Shown piece after piece: positions 30,472 to 40,256 of a stretch of DNA of 64,000 nucleotides. The stretch covers positions 19,089 through 83,088 of the forward strand of contig SUXX01000005.1 of NCBI GenBank assembly GCA_015060735.1, read 5' to 3'. Each line of letters opens with the position of its first letter. The first letter of the stretch is position 1. The notes below the pieces were generated by a model that had not been told where the DNA came from, ran no database searches, and saw only the letters and a list, made by a program, of their open reading frames with translations. This stretch comes from Bacteroides sp. (lineage in GTDB: Bacteria > Bacteroidota > Bacteroidia > Bacteroidales > Bacteroidaceae). The translations under genes and the position numbers were made by a program.

Positions 30472-31746
30472 ATGAAGAAGGATACAAGAAACATGAGAAT
30501 CAGACTAGCCATCATGAGCTTCCTGCAATTTGCTGTGTGGGGAGCCTATCTCACTTCCATGGGCACTTATTTGTCTACCGTGGGATTGGGGGCAAAAATC
30601 GGTTACTTTTACTCCATGCAGGGGGTAGTAGCCCTGTTCATGCCTGCCTTGATGGGCATTGTGGCCGACCGCTGGATACCTGCCCAGAAGTTGTTGGGCA
30701 TTTCCCATCTGCTGAGTGCCCTGTTCATGACGGGAGCAGGGTGGTATGGGATGACGGCAGGTTCGTCCGTCGATTTCTTTACGCTGATTTCGCTCTATGC
30801 CCTGGCCGTGGCCTTCTATATGCCTACGCTGGCCTTGACTAACTCGGTGGCCTATACGGCTTTGGAGAAGGTGGGACTAGACCCCGTGAAGGCTTTTCCG
30901 CCCATCCGCGTGCTGGGCACCGTGGGCTTCATCTGTTCCATGCTGTTTGTGGATATAGCCGGTTTCCAGCAGAGCTACATGCAATACTTCATGAGTGCAG
31001 GCTATGGCTTGCTGATGGCGATGTACGCCTTTACCTTGCCCGCTTGTCCGGTGAATCGGATGAAGGAAAAGAAGTCGTTGGCCGATGCATTGGGCTTGCG
31101 TGCCTTTGCCCTGTTCAAGCAACGCAAGATGGCTGTTTTCTTCATCTTCTGTGTGCTGCTGGGCGTGTGCTTGCAAATTACCAACGGCTTTGCCAATCCA
31201 TATCTGAATAGCTTTGCCCGCATCCCCGAGTATGCCGATGCCTTCGGGGTGCGTCATGCCAATGCCTTGATATCCCTTTCACAGATGTCGGAGACCTTCT
31301 GCCTGCTGCTCATTCCCTTTGCCCTGAAGCGACTGGGCATCAAGTGGGTGATGCTAGTAGCCATGGGATGTTGGGTACTTCGGTTTGCCCTGTTCGGATG
31401 GGGAAATCCGGGTTCGGGCCTTTGGATGTTCGTACTTTCTATGCTGGTGTATGGCATAGCGTTCGATTTCTTCAACATTTCGGGCTCTTTGTTTGTCAAT
31501 CAAGAAACGGATGTGTCCATTCGTTCGAGTGCTCAGGGGTTGTTCTTCATGATGACCAACGGGTTTGGAGCGACGATTGGCACTTCGGTGGCACAGAAGG
31601 TAGTGAACCGTTTTGTGGACTTCGGCAGCGAGGCACCACAAGTGGAGGGCTGGAGCACGGTATGGCTGATTTTCGCCGGATATGCTCTGACGATTGCCAT
31701 CCTGTTTGCCTGCTTGTTCAAGGATAAATACAATTCAAAACCATAA
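30472..31746 (+). CDS. Nucleoside:H+ symporter (NupG/XapB-like MFS)
   Basis: FLQFAVWGAY, FPPIRVLGTVGF, SQMSE, YGIAFDFFNISGSLFV. Confidence 0.9.
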   Translation: MKKDTRNMRIRLAIMSFLQFAVWGAYLTSMGTYLSTVGLGAKIGYFYSMQGVVALFMPALMGIVADRWIPAQKLLGISHLLSALFMTGAGWYGMTAGSSVDFFTLISLYALAVAFYMPTLALTNSVAYTALEKVGLDPVKAFPPIRVLGTVGFICSMLFVDIAGFQQSYMQYFMSAGYGLLMAMYAFTLPACPVNRMKEKKSLADALGLRAFALFKQRKMAVFFIFCVLLGVCLQITNGFANPYLNSFARIPEYADAFGVRHANALISLSQMSETFCLLLIPFALKRLGIKWVMLVAMGCWVLRFALFGWGNPGSGLWMFVLSMLVYGIAFDFFNISGSLFVNQETDVSIRSSAQGLFFMMTNGFGATIGTSVAQKVVNRFVDFGSEAPQVEGWSTVWLIFAGYALTIAILFACLFKDKYNSKP

Positions 31747-31754
31747 CAGACTTT

Positions 31755-32309
31755 ATGAAAGAGATAGAACTGAAGATACACGATATGTCGTCCACCATCC
31801 ATCCGGCGGATGCGTATGCCTTGGTGTTGGAGGAGGTGAATGGCGGACGGAAGTTGCCCATCATCATCGGCCATTTGGAGGCACAGGCCATCAAGGTGAT
31901 GATGTTGGGATACAAGGTGCCACGCCCTCTGACGCACGACCTTCTTCTGGCCGTGGGAAATCGCATAGACCTGTCACTGGAGAAGGTGGTTATTTATAAG
32001 GTAAAGGATGGGATTTACTACTCTTATCTGCATTTCGAGTGGAGGGGAGAGAAGTTTGAAATCGACTCGCGTACGTCCGACGCCGTGGCTTTGGCCTTGC
32101 GTTACGAGGCACCCATCTACACCACCGAGGACATCATGGCGAGCGAGCACATGCGTGAGATGGGCGAAGGCTCCTTCTCGGTGCCCGTCAATATGATTAC
32201 GATGCCCATGCTGAAAGAGGCTTTGAAAAAGGCTGTGGCCGATGAAAATTATGAACAGGCTTCACGCTTGCGAGACGAGATAAACCGACGCGAGCAGGAG
32301 GAAGCATAA
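31755..32309 (+). CDS. Bifunctional nuclease (DUF151) with UvrB/C motif
   Basis: LPIIIGHLEAQAI, RPLTHDL, DSRTSDAVALA, ENYEQASRLRDEI. Confidence 0.9.
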   Translation: MKEIELKIHDMSSTIHPADAYALVLEEVNGGRKLPIIIGHLEAQAIKVMMLGYKVPRPLTHDLLLAVGNRIDLSLEKVVIYKVKDGIYYSYLHFEWRGEKFEIDSRTSDAVALALRYEAPIYTTEDIMASEHMREMGEGSFSVPVNMITMPMLKEALKKAVADENYEQASRLRDEINRREQEEA

Positions 32310-32330
32310 ACGGAAAGGAGACTGAAGACT

Positions 32331-33032
32331 ATGCATTTATTTTATACTCCCGAGATTGATACTTGTTGCGAGATGCCCGAGGAGGAAGTGGGCCATTGCC
32401 TGCGGGTACTAAGGCTTACGGTGGGCGACGAGGTGATGCTGACCGATGGGAAGGGGAACTTTCACAAGGCTGTCATCAGTGCGGCTACGAGCAAGCGTTG
32501 CCAACTGAAGGTGGTGGAGACCCTGCCTCAGGAGAAGGGCTGGAACGGATGGCTGCACATTGCCATGGCTCCTACCAAGAACATGGATCGCACCGAATGG
32601 TTTGCCGAGAAGGCCACCGAGATAGGTTTCGACGAGTTGACTTTCCTGAATTGTCGTTACTCCGAACGCAAGGTCATCAAGACCGAACGCATCGAGAAGA
32701 TTCTGGTATCGGCCGTGAAGCAATCCTTGAAGGCTTCGAAGCCTGTGCTTCACGAGATGACCGACTTTGGCCGGTTCATTGCCCGCGACTTCGAGGGGCA
32801 GAAGTTCATCTGCCATTGCTACGAGGGCGAAAAGCCTTTGCTGAAGGAGGTGATTGTGCCCGGACAGGATGCCTTGATTTTGGTGGGTCCTGAGGGTGAC
32901 TTCAGCGAGGAGGAGGTGGCCAAGGCCATCGAGGCAGGGTTCCAACCCGTCAGCCTGGGCAAGTCACGCCTGCGTACGGAGACGGCCGCACTGGTGGCGA
33001 TACACACCTTGAACTTGTTCAATCAGAAGTAA
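32331..33032 (+). CDS. rsmE: 16S rRNA (uracil1498-N3)-methyltransferase
   Basis: HCLRVLR, EKATEIG, VGPEGDF, RLRTETAA. Confidence 0.95.
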   Translation: MHLFYTPEIDTCCEMPEEEVGHCLRVLRLTVGDEVMLTDGKGNFHKAVISAATSKRCQLKVVETLPQEKGWNGWLHIAMAPTKNMDRTEWFAEKATEIGFDELTFLNCRYSERKVIKTERIEKILVSAVKQSLKASKPVLHEMTDFGRFIARDFEGQKFICHCYEGEKPLLKEVIVPGQDALILVGPEGDFSEEEVAKAIEAGFQPVSLGKSRLRTETAALVAIHTLNLFNQK

Positions 33033-33034
33033 GG

Positions 33035-33958
33035 CTACACCTCGCGTACGGCCAGCAGGTAATTCTTCAGGTTGCCTGCCTTCATGATTTTCTTGTAGGT
33101 CTTGCGGCCCAGTTCTTCTTCCATATATTCCCAAAACAGCCTCATACGGGCATGTAGCTGGGCATCGCTGTTCAGCACGGGCTGGTAGTGTTCCATCAGT
33201 TGGGCATGCATTTCCAGTGCCAGCCTGCGTCTTTCGTCTTCGCTCCATTCCCTGCCTGCGGTGTATTCCTTGGCTAGCGAGGGGCGTGCCAGCAGGCCGC
33301 GTCCTATCATGATGCCGCCCAGGTTGGGGAAATCCTTTTCCAGTTGCCGGATGTCGTCCGGCGTACGTACATCGCCGTTGTAGATGACCGGGTGCTTGCA
33401 TCGGGTGTAGAATTCGTGGAAGGCTTCCTTGTCCGTGCTGCCCTTGTATTGCTGGGTGCCGATGCGGGGATGCAGGGCGATGTGTTGCAGGGGGATGTCG
33501 TTGAGGATGTCGACCACGGGTCGCCATTCGTCAGCATCTTCCCAGCCCAACCGCATCTTGACCGAGAACTGCAAATGCTTCTTCGAGGCAATGGATTGAG
33601 CCATGTCGGCAATGATGTCCGTGTGTGCCAGCAATCCCGAGCCGCGTCCGTGCTTGGCCTGCATGGGGAAGGGGCAGCCCATGTTGAGGTCTATCCGTGT
33701 GTAGCCTTTTTCTTCGACCACGCCCACCAGATAGTCGAACTCTTTCATCGACTTGGCAATGATTTGGGGCACTACGGGCACGCCTTCGTTGAACTCGGGG
33801 CGGATGTCACGCATGTCCTTGCTCCGCACGCTTCCGCCTTCCATCCGCACGAAGGGGGTGTAATAGGCGGTGATGCCTCCGGCCAGGCGATGGTGGATGC
33901 GTCGGTAGGTGTCGTCGGTGTAGCCCTGCAAGGGGGCGAAGTGGATGGGGATATTCAT
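33035..33958 (-). CDS. tRNA-dihydrouridine synthase family protein
   Basis: APLQGYTD, DLNMGCP, SVKMRLG, NGDV, MIGRG. Confidence 0.9.
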   Translation of the reverse strand: MNIPIHFAPLQGYTDDTYRRIHHRLAGGITAYYTPFVRMEGGSVRSKDMRDIRPEFNEGVPVVPQIIAKSMKEFDYLVGVVEEKGYTRIDLNMGCPFPMQAKHGRGSGLLAHTDIIADMAQSIASKKHLQFSVKMRLGWEDADEWRPVVDILNDIPLQHIALHPRIGTQQYKGSTDKEAFHEFYTRCKHPVIYNGDVRTPDDIRQLEKDFPNLGGIMIGRGLLARPSLAKEYTAGREWSEDERRRLALEMHAQLMEHYQPVLNSDAQLHARMRLFWEYMEEELGRKTYKKIMKAGNLKNYLLAVREV

Positions 33959-33976
33959 GATGGGGGATATGATTTT

Positions 33977-34765
33977 TTAGGGGATGATACAATGTAGGGT
34001 TTCAGTCAGGGCGGGTCTCCATTCGTCGGGACAGGCAAAGAGGGCGGTGGAGCAGATTTCTCCCCACATGCCTTGTGAGGTAATCACCTTTATCTGTCGT
34101 TTGCCCCACACGGGTTGTCCCGTCTGTGGGTTGATGATGTGCCGGCGTTCGGGGGTGTCGTTGCCCGAGGTGGTGAGGCACTGGTCGTGCAAGGTGATGC
34201 CTGCTTCGAGTTTCCAGCCGATGCCCGAGGGTTGGTTTCCCAGGGCCATGATGGAGCTGTTTCCCAGGTTTATCAGAGCGTTTTCGATGGCATGTTTTTG
34301 TAGCATGGGGCGGATGCAGTCGAGTGTATAGCCTTTGAGGAAGCCCGAGAGGTTGAGCCGGATGCCTGGTTTTTCGAACTTCACGGTGTGTGTTTCTGCT
34401 TGCAGGCAGAGGGCGTGGATGGTGTCGGGGGTGTGTGCTTCGGAGTGGATGGTGATGTCGAAGTGTCCGCGTGTGCGGGTGTACGCCTCCTTACAGAGGT
34501 GCAGGATGTGATAAAGTTCGGGGCTGACGACCTGGGGCTGGGTGTAGGCCAATCGGTTTACCCGGGCCAGTTCGCTGGTAGGGTCGAAGCAGTTTCCGAG
34601 GGTTTCCAGCCGGTGGATTTCTTGCTTTATTTCGCGGGCGATGCCGAGCATCTGTTCTTCGGGCGAAGGGGCTATGAGGGCGATGTCCACGCGGGTGTGC
34701 ATGGCCGAGAACCAGGCGTAGAGCAGGGATTCGCCGTCGGAGGATGTTCGGTAGAGGTGCTGCAT
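33977..34765 (-). CDS. FAD:protein FMN transferase (ApbE family)
   Basis: AMHT, SELARVN, GHFDIT, LNLSGFLKGY, TTSG, HIINPQTG. Confidence 0.85.
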   Translation of the reverse strand: MQHLYRTSSDGESLLYAWFSAMHTRVDIALIAPSPEEQMLGIAREIKQEIHRLETLGNCFDPTSELARVNRLAYTQPQVVSPELYHILHLCKEAYTRTRGHFDITIHSEAHTPDTIHALCLQAETHTVKFEKPGIRLNLSGFLKGYTLDCIRPMLQKHAIENALINLGNSSIMALGNQPSGIGWKLEAGITLHDQCLTTSGNDTPERRHIINPQTGQPVWGKRQIKVITSQGMWGEICSTALFACPDEWRPALTETLHCIIP

Positions 34766-34800
34766 GGGTTACTTTTTTGCACGGATTTTTCGCTTTAACA

Positions 34801-34842
34801 TGTCATTCTGAACATCGCGAAGACGAGTTGTTCAGGATGACA
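34801..34842. repeat. Short REP-like hairpin
   Basis: tgtcattctgaac...gttcaggatgaca. Confidence 0.7.
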
Positions 34843-34886
34843 CGTTAAAAATACATCCGTACCTAAAAATAAATTCAAAAAGCGGT

Positions 34887-35618
34887 TTATTCCAGTTCCT
34901 TGATTTTTACGTTCTTGAACCACACTTCGTCGCCGTGGTCTTGGAGGAGGATGTTTCCTTCGGCGGCATTGCCAAAGTTGGGCCAGTCGCGGTACTTGCT
35001 ATAGGCTACCAGGGCGTTGAACATCTGTGTGTTGCGGTCGTATTCCAGGATTTGGATGCCGTTGAGCCAGTGTTCTACGTGGTTGTCCTTCACGATTACC
35101 ATGGCGGTGTTCCATTCTCCCTTGCGGAAGGGTTTGTCCTTCGGAGCCGGGATGAGGTCGTAAAGCGAACCCAGCTGACGGTTGCCCTTCACGCCTAGCT
35201 TGGCATCGGGATGGCGTTCGTCATCGAGGATTTGGAATTCGCAACCGATGGCCGAGCCTGCTCCCTTGTTGAGGTCGGGATTGACGAAATACTTGATGCC
35301 GCTGTTGGCTCCCTCGGTTATCTTGAAATCCACGCACAGGATGAAGTTCTTGTACTTGCGGGTGGTGATGATGTCGCCCCCGTTGGCCGATTCGGCTCCG
35401 TCGCTTTTCACCACTTTCAGGATGCCGTTTTCAATCTTCCATCCGGCTTGCGGGAAGGTGGCTATCTTGGCTCCTCGCCATCCTTCGGTGGTCTTTCCGT
35501 CCCACAAGAGTTTCCAGCCCTCGCGTTGTTCGGCGGGGGTCAGGGTGTTGTCTTTCACTTGTGCCGAGAGGCTTGTGCCCAGGGCCAGCAATGCGATGAA
35601 TAGTATGTTCTTTTTCAT
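34887..35618 (-). CDS. DUF1080 (3-keto-disaccharide hydrolase family) secreted protein
   Basis: [39 protein letters not shown]. Confidence 0.9.
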   Translation of the reverse strand: MKKNILFIALLALGTSLSAQVKDNTLTPAEQREGWKLLWDGKTTEGWRGAKIATFPQAGWKIENGILKVVKSDGAESANGGDIITTRKYKNFILCVDFKITEGANSGIKYFVNPDLNKGAGSAIGCEFQILDDERHPDAKLGVKGNRQLGSLYDLIPAPKDKPFRKGEWNTAMVIVKDNHVEHWLNGIQILEYDRNTQMFNALVAYSKYRDWPNFGNAAEGNILLQDHGDEVWFKNVKIKELE

Positions 35619-35654
35619 TTTTTCTTTTGGTTTTTTTATTGTTTTCCATTGTGC

Positions 35655-35799
35655 GTGTCATTCTGAGCGAAGCGAAGAATCTGAAAGCACAAAGTGGATG
35701 TATTCAGATCCTTCGCGTTGCTCAGGATGACACATGAAGGAGAGAATTCTTCATTATAGAAGTGGATGTATTCAGATCCTTCACTGCGTTCAGGATGAC
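35655..35799. repeat. REP-like element plus half copy
   Basis: gtgtcattctgagcgaagcgaagaatct...agatccttcgcgttgctcaggatgacac, then a second aagtggatgtattcagatccttc...caggatgac. Confidence 0.85.
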
Positions 35800-35812
35800 G
35801 CAGTATAATCAA

Positions 35813-37234
35813 TTACAATTTATAAAACTCGTCCCAGCCCTTGCGTGGAGGTGCTTGTGTAAGCATGGCGTTGGCAAAGGCGTTGTTGGTAATCTGCTTG
35901 GTGCGTGGGTCGAAGAACAACTGGGTGTTGAGGCGTTGAGCCATCACGCCGAGCGAGAATACCTGACACAAGGTGCCCACGATTTCGAACGGTGAGCGGG
36001 TCTTTTCTTTACCTTGACAGGCCAAGAGGAAGTTTTCGAAGTGGTTCGATGGACTCTTAGGCACTTCGGGCAAGAGGTGTGCCATCTCCTTCGCCTTTTC
36101 TTCGGGGATGATGGAGAGGGTGCTGCCGTGGCTTCCACCCTTGAAGATGAGGTCCTTGGAGTAGATTATCTTGCCAGGGTTCAGCTTGGCTTGGCGTTGG
36201 TTGGTTTGGTTGGTGACGGGGATGTTGGGGTCGAGACCTGACACACCGTAGCCGGCCGGGATAGGAGGCAGGTTGTCGAGTCCGTCGTACCAGGTTACAT
36301 CCACCGGTGGCATGCCGTTGCGGGCACCGAACTTGAAGAGGATGGTTGACGAGAACGGGTAGAAGTAATCGTTGTGGCCATCGGCATACTTCATGGTGAT
36401 TTCGTAAGGCAAGCCCAGTTCGAGGAATTCGTGTACGGTGTCGAGCAGGTGAGCACCCCAGTCGCCCAAGGCTCCCATGCCGAAGTCGTACCAGCAACGC
36501 CACTGTCCCTGGTGGTAGTCCGGGTGGTAGTCGTGCCATTGCTGTGCACAGAGCCAAGTGTCCCAATCCATGTCCTTAGGCAATTGTTGTCCGGTAGGGA
36601 AACGATGGATGTTGGCATCCCATTTGTGCCAGCGGCGTTCGTTGTTCATGTGGGCGGTTACGGCATGTACATCCTTGATGATGCCTGCTTCCTTCCACGC
36701 CTTGAACTGGAAGTAGTTGGCTTCGGAGTGTCCCTGGTTACCCATCTGAGTGGCCAGGTGCGGATGCTTGCGTGCGGCTTCCATCAGGAGTTCGGCTTCG
36801 TAGAAGGTGCGTGCCATGGGTTTTTCCACGTAGACGTGTTTGCCCGAGGCGAGTGCCAGCATGGTGATGGGGAAGTGCGAGTGGTCGGGGGTAGCGATGG
36901 CTACGGCGTCGAACTCCTTGCCGGCTTGGTCGAACATCTTGCGGAAGTCGCGGAACTGCTTGGCCTTGGGGTACATGCCGATTACTTTCTGTGTATGCGG
37001 GGCACCCATGTCTACGTCGCACAGGGCTACGACGTCTACCATCTGTGTGTCGTGGAAGGCTTCGATGATCTGCATGCCTCGGTTACCGATGCCGATGTAT
37101 GCGATTTTTACTTTTTCGCCTTTGGGCTTTTGGTTAGGCATGTGTGTGGCAGCATTCAGGATGCCGTTGCTACCTAGTGCGATGCCTGCTGAGGCTACGG
37201 ACATGGTGCGTAGGAATTCTCTTCGTGTGGTCAT
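35813..37234 (-). CDS. Gfo/Idh/MocA oxidoreductase with Tat signal
   Basis: TRREFL; IGIGNRG; ATPDHSH; YVEKP; GALGDWGAH. Confidence 0.92.
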   Translation of the reverse strand: MTTRREFLRTMSVASAGIALGSNGILNAATHMPNQKPKGEKVKIAYIGIGNRGMQIIEAFHDTQMVDVVALCDVDMGAPHTQKVIGMYPKAKQFRDFRKMFDQAGKEFDAVAIATPDHSHFPITMLALASGKHVYVEKPMARTFYEAELLMEAARKHPHLATQMGNQGHSEANYFQFKAWKEAGIIKDVHAVTAHMNNERRWHKWDANIHRFPTGQQLPKDMDWDTWLCAQQWHDYHPDYHQGQWRCWYDFGMGALGDWGAHLLDTVHEFLELGLPYEITMKYADGHNDYFYPFSSTILFKFGARNGMPPVDVTWYDGLDNLPPIPAGYGVSGLDPNIPVTNQTNQRQAKLNPGKIIYSKDLIFKGGSHGSTLSIIPEEKAKEMAHLLPEVPKSPSNHFENFLLACQGKEKTRSPFEIVGTLCQVFSLGVMAQRLNTQLFFDPRTKQITNNAFANAMLTQAPPRKGWDEFYKL

Positions 37235-37283
37235 GGTGTTATTTTTTTTTAGTAGTTAATTGTAATAAAAAAGGGGGGGTAGT

Positions 37284-37520
37284 TTACTTGCGAAGGATTA
37301 GTTTCTTCGTTCCGTAATAGATTATCCTTAGGATGGTCCATAGGGCGTAGACTACGGCGGTGAGCACGAGGATGTATCCCAGCGAGGTGTACATTTCGCT
37401 CAGGGGTGCGTCGTGGCTCAGGATGGCGTATAGGTTCACCAGGTTGGCTATGACGAAGCAGGCCAGCAGGGTGCACAGTTCGATTTTTTGTCGTTGTGCG
37501 GTGATGGTGATGTCTTTCAT
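37284..37520 (-). CDS. Small membrane protein
   Basis: 78 aa, two TM helices, coupled to the upstream oxidoreductase. Confidence 0.65.
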   Translation of the reverse strand: MKDITITAQRQKIELCTLLACFVIANLVNLYAILSHDAPLSEMYTSLGYILVLTAVVYALWTILRIIYYGTKKLILRK

Positions 37521-38815
37521 GCTTGTTCCTCCTTGGTTTTAAGTGATTGATGGTTGAGGTAGTCTAATTTGTATTCGTCGGGGAAGGTGAGGGTTCGTTC
37601 TTGTACGAGTGCCTCGTGTCCGAGCAGTGCCATTTGGCTGGCGTAGTATCCTTCTTCGGCGATGTTGGCGGGTTGTTTCCGCGTGATGACGGCTTCGATG
37701 AAGGCTTCGAGCAGCAGGGATGTGCCGTCGGTCTTGGGTCGTTCGCCGGTGATGTAGTGTCCGTTGTTCACGTTGGCTGTTTCGGGTGCCCAGCTGGTTC
37801 CTGCGAATGGCAGTGTGTCGAACAGTTTGTTTTCCCATTCGTTGACGAGTTGCAGGAAGGCGGGTGCGGGGTCGATGTTTTCGAAGTAGTATTTGCCCTT
37901 TTCGGGTTCTACGGTTCCCAGGTGTCCCATGATTTGTTCTTCGAGTCCGTAGAATTTGTTGGAGATGACGGAGTCGAAGGTCATCTTCACGCCGTTTTGG
38001 AAGAGGTACATGCAGTGTACGTTGTCGTACACCTCGCGTCCGTCTTTCCAGAAGGTGATGGCTCCGTGTCCGTTCACTTTATCGGGTATTTCCCTCATGG
38101 CCCAGCTTCCGATTTGTAGTTGGTGGCAGGCCAGTTCGGTCATGAGTCCTTTGGAGTATTCGCTATAGAGTCGCCAGTTGATGAATGGTTCGGTGGTGTG
38201 CCAGGGGACGGGTCGTCTCCAGTCGTTGTTGCGGTACCAGAAGGTTCGGATGGCGTTGATGTCTCCGAAGGTGCCGTCGTGTATCATCTTCATGGCCTGT
38301 ATGTATCGGGGGTCGAAGAGTCGTTGTTGTCCGCTGAAGAAGATTTTCCCGGTGCTGCGGTGTTTCTGATACATTTCGTAGGTTTGCTGCATGTCGTATC
38401 CGATGGTTTTTTCGCAGAACACGTCGCGTCCGGCATCGAGAACGTCCATCACAATGCGGTAGTGCATGTGCAGCGGCACGGCTACGACGATGGCTTGTAC
38501 GTCGCTTCTTTCGAGCATGTAGCGGTAGTCTTTATACATGATGGCGTGTGGGGCTATCTTGTGTGCTTCGTCCAGCGAGGGTTGGTAGATGTCGCACAGA
38601 CCTACGACTTCGACTTTGGGGTTTTGTACGAGGAAGTTGAGGAGGAATCGTCCGCGTGAGCCGGGGCCGATGACGGCTACACGGCATTTTTCTTGGCTGG
38701 TGTGTGTCACGTCGGCAAAGGCCGAGAGCCAGGGGCTGGTGAGCATCAAGGCTCCTCCTCCCAGGATGCCGAGGTCGCGGAGGAAGTCTCGACGGGTGAG
38801 TGTATGGTCTTTCAT
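37517..38815 (-). CDS. Gfo/Idh/MocA oxidoreductase with Tat signal
   Basis: TRRDFL; IGPGSRG; VFCEK; NWRLY; GLMTELACHQ. Confidence 0.92.
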   Translation of the reverse strand: MKDHTLTRRDFLRDLGILGGGALMLTSPWLSAFADVTHTSQEKCRVAVIGPGSRGRFLLNFLVQNPKVEVVGLCDIYQPSLDEAHKIAPHAIMYKDYRYMLERSDVQAIVVAVPLHMHYRIVMDVLDAGRDVFCEKTIGYDMQQTYEMYQKHRSTGKIFFSGQQRLFDPRYIQAMKMIHDGTFGDINAIRTFWYRNNDWRRPVPWHTTEPFINWRLYSEYSKGLMTELACHQLQIGSWAMREIPDKVNGHGAITFWKDGREVYDNVHCMYLFQNGVKMTFDSVISNKFYGLEEQIMGHLGTVEPEKGKYYFENIDPAPAFLQLVNEWENKLFDTLPFAGTSWAPETANVNNGHYITGERPKTDGTSLLLEAFIEAVITRKQPANIAEEGYYASQMALLGHEALVQERTLTFPDEYKLDYLNHQSLKTKEEQA

Positions 38816-38905
38816 TGTGTAATTTTTTTTCGGTTAATCAAGGGTTGTTTTTCTTTGTGTTGCGAAAGTTACGTATTTTTTCTTGAAAAGCAAGAGTATG
38901 GGGGT

Positions 38906-38942
38906 AAAAAAAAGCCGCTCTCCCGGGGTGGGAGGGCGGCTT
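38906..38942 (-). terminator. Terminator after smalltalk gene
   Basis: Minus strand aagccgccctccc...gggagagcggctt followed by T run. Confidence 0.7.
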
Positions 38943-38952
38943 GGGTCGGGGG

Positions 38953-39051
38953 TCAGTAGCCCATGCATGAGGTGACGCCGAAGGTGGTGGCTATGGCCGT
39001 CAGCACCGTGATGGCGAAGTGCAGAATTTTTTGCCAAAGTTCTTTTTTCAT
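38953..39051 (-). CDS. Smalltalk-family small protein (32 aa)
   Basis: Translated by hand: MKKELWQKILHFAITVLTAIATTFGVTSCMGY; lies downstream of an HU-like gene as is typical. Confidence 0.85.
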   Translation of the reverse strand: MKKELWQKILHFAITVLTAIATTFGVTSCMGY

Positions 39052-39071
39052 GGTTTTTAGTTTTTAGTTTT

Positions 39072-39323
39072 TAGTTGATAGTTTTTCTCTTCGTGTCACT
39101 CTGAGCATCGCGAAGAGTCTGTGTGCATCCACCGGTGTGTGTATTCAGATCCTTCGCTACGCTCAGGATGACACTACAGGGAAGAAACCCTTCATTCTTC
39201 ATGGATAGTGGATAGTTGATAGTTTTTCTCTTCGTGTCACTCTGAGCATCGCGAAGAGTCTGTGTGCATCCACCGGTGTGTATATTCAGATCCTTCGCTA
39301 CGCTCAGGATGACACTACAGGGA
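39072..39323. repeat. Tandem 111-bp duplication containing two REP elements
   Basis: 39072-39182 and 39213-39323 differ at one position; REP cores at 39093-39174 and 39234-39315. Confidence 0.9.
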
Positions 39324-39325
39324 CA

Positions 39326-39766
39326 TTACGCATCGGGGATGACTTCCTCTTCCTCGGCATCCGCCTTGGACGTTCTCACCTTCACCTTCTGGAAGGTCAG
39401 GTTCGTGAGGATTCCCGTGAGGGCCGAACCCGGTCGGAAGTTGATGCGAGCCTGCGTGATGAGCGACTCATCGTAGTCCTCCTCGGTCAGGGAACCCTTC
39501 GAGCTGATACCGATTTGAAGGCTGCCCAAGTCGCCCAAGCGGACGATTTCGCCACTCTTCAGGGCATCGGTGATGGTGTCTTCCAAGGCCACCAGTACGG
39601 CGAACACGTCGCTCTTGTGAACGGTACACGTCTGCTGGATTCGTTCCGCCATTTCGCGGAGACTGACGTCGCCACTGGCCTGCACATGGCCGTAGAACTT
39701 CGGAGTAGCATCCTTGTCGCGAGGATTGACACGGGGAGAGACGGAGTAAGTTACGTTTCTTGACAT
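39326..39766 (-). CDS. HU-family (Bacteroides histone-like) DNA-binding protein
   Basis: TVHKSDVFAVL, GEIVRLGDLGSL, INFRPG. Confidence 0.9.
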   Translation of the reverse strand: MSRNVTYSVSPRVNPRDKDATPKFYGHVQASGDVSLREMAERIQQTCTVHKSDVFAVLVALEDTITDALKSGEIVRLGDLGSLQIGISSKGSLTEEDYDESLITQARINFRPGSALTGILTNLTFQKVKVRTSKADAEEEEVIPDA

Positions 39767-39935
39767 AGTTCAGTTTCGTTTTTCTAGTTAATAATTAATG
39801 GTTGACATTGCAAAGATACCATTTCGGGACACCGCTTGTCAAGCATTTCGGGGTGTTTTTTCGAATTATTTTCGTCTCGCGAAGGTGATTTTTCAAAACG
39901 CCAAGCCGATGCCTCCAGCGAGCGAGCGGCGGGGA

Positions 39936-40086
39936 AAGTCAGTCAGTCAGTTTTTCGTGACTACGATAAAGTGACCCGTTGCAAGCAATTCTAAATTTTA
40001 TATATAATATATATGTAATATATATTATATATAAAGGTTGAAAATTACCACACTACCTCTATCTGAAAAAACTGACTGACTGACTT
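39936..40086. repeat. Nested inverted repeat: (TCAG)3 arms around an AT palindrome
   Basis: Perfect 20-bp IR 39936-39955 / 40067-40086; perfect 18-bp AT-only IR 39997-40014 / 40018-40035. Confidence 0.85.
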
Positions 40087-40175
40087 CTTTTCCCTCGACA
40101 ACCCCGTCGGGGAGACCCCGTCCGGACACCGTTGCTGGCCTGTTAATAACTTGTTGATAACTTTTTCACGAATAA

Positions 40176-40208
40176 TTTGCAAAAAGCATCCCGACGTATG
40201 TATATTTG
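40176..40208 (+). promoter_or_regulatory. Bacteroidetes sigma-A promoter
   Basis: TTTG-N21-TATATTTG upstream of the ORF at 40257. Confidence 0.65.
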
Positions 40209-40256
40209 CCCTGTCGAAAAAAAAGAATAAATAACCCCCAAACACAGCTACACCGT

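Noticed and set aside
29349..30515. 388-aa minus-strand ORF
   Set aside because: Shadow of the HpaII-like gene.
37240..37282. Homopolymer runs (T and G) as phase-variation tracts
   Set aside because: Short, intergenic and not positioned in an evident promoter spacer.
39278..39763. 161-aa plus-strand ORF and other REP-derived short ORFs
   Set aside because: Antisense to the HU-like gene and starting within REP sequence.
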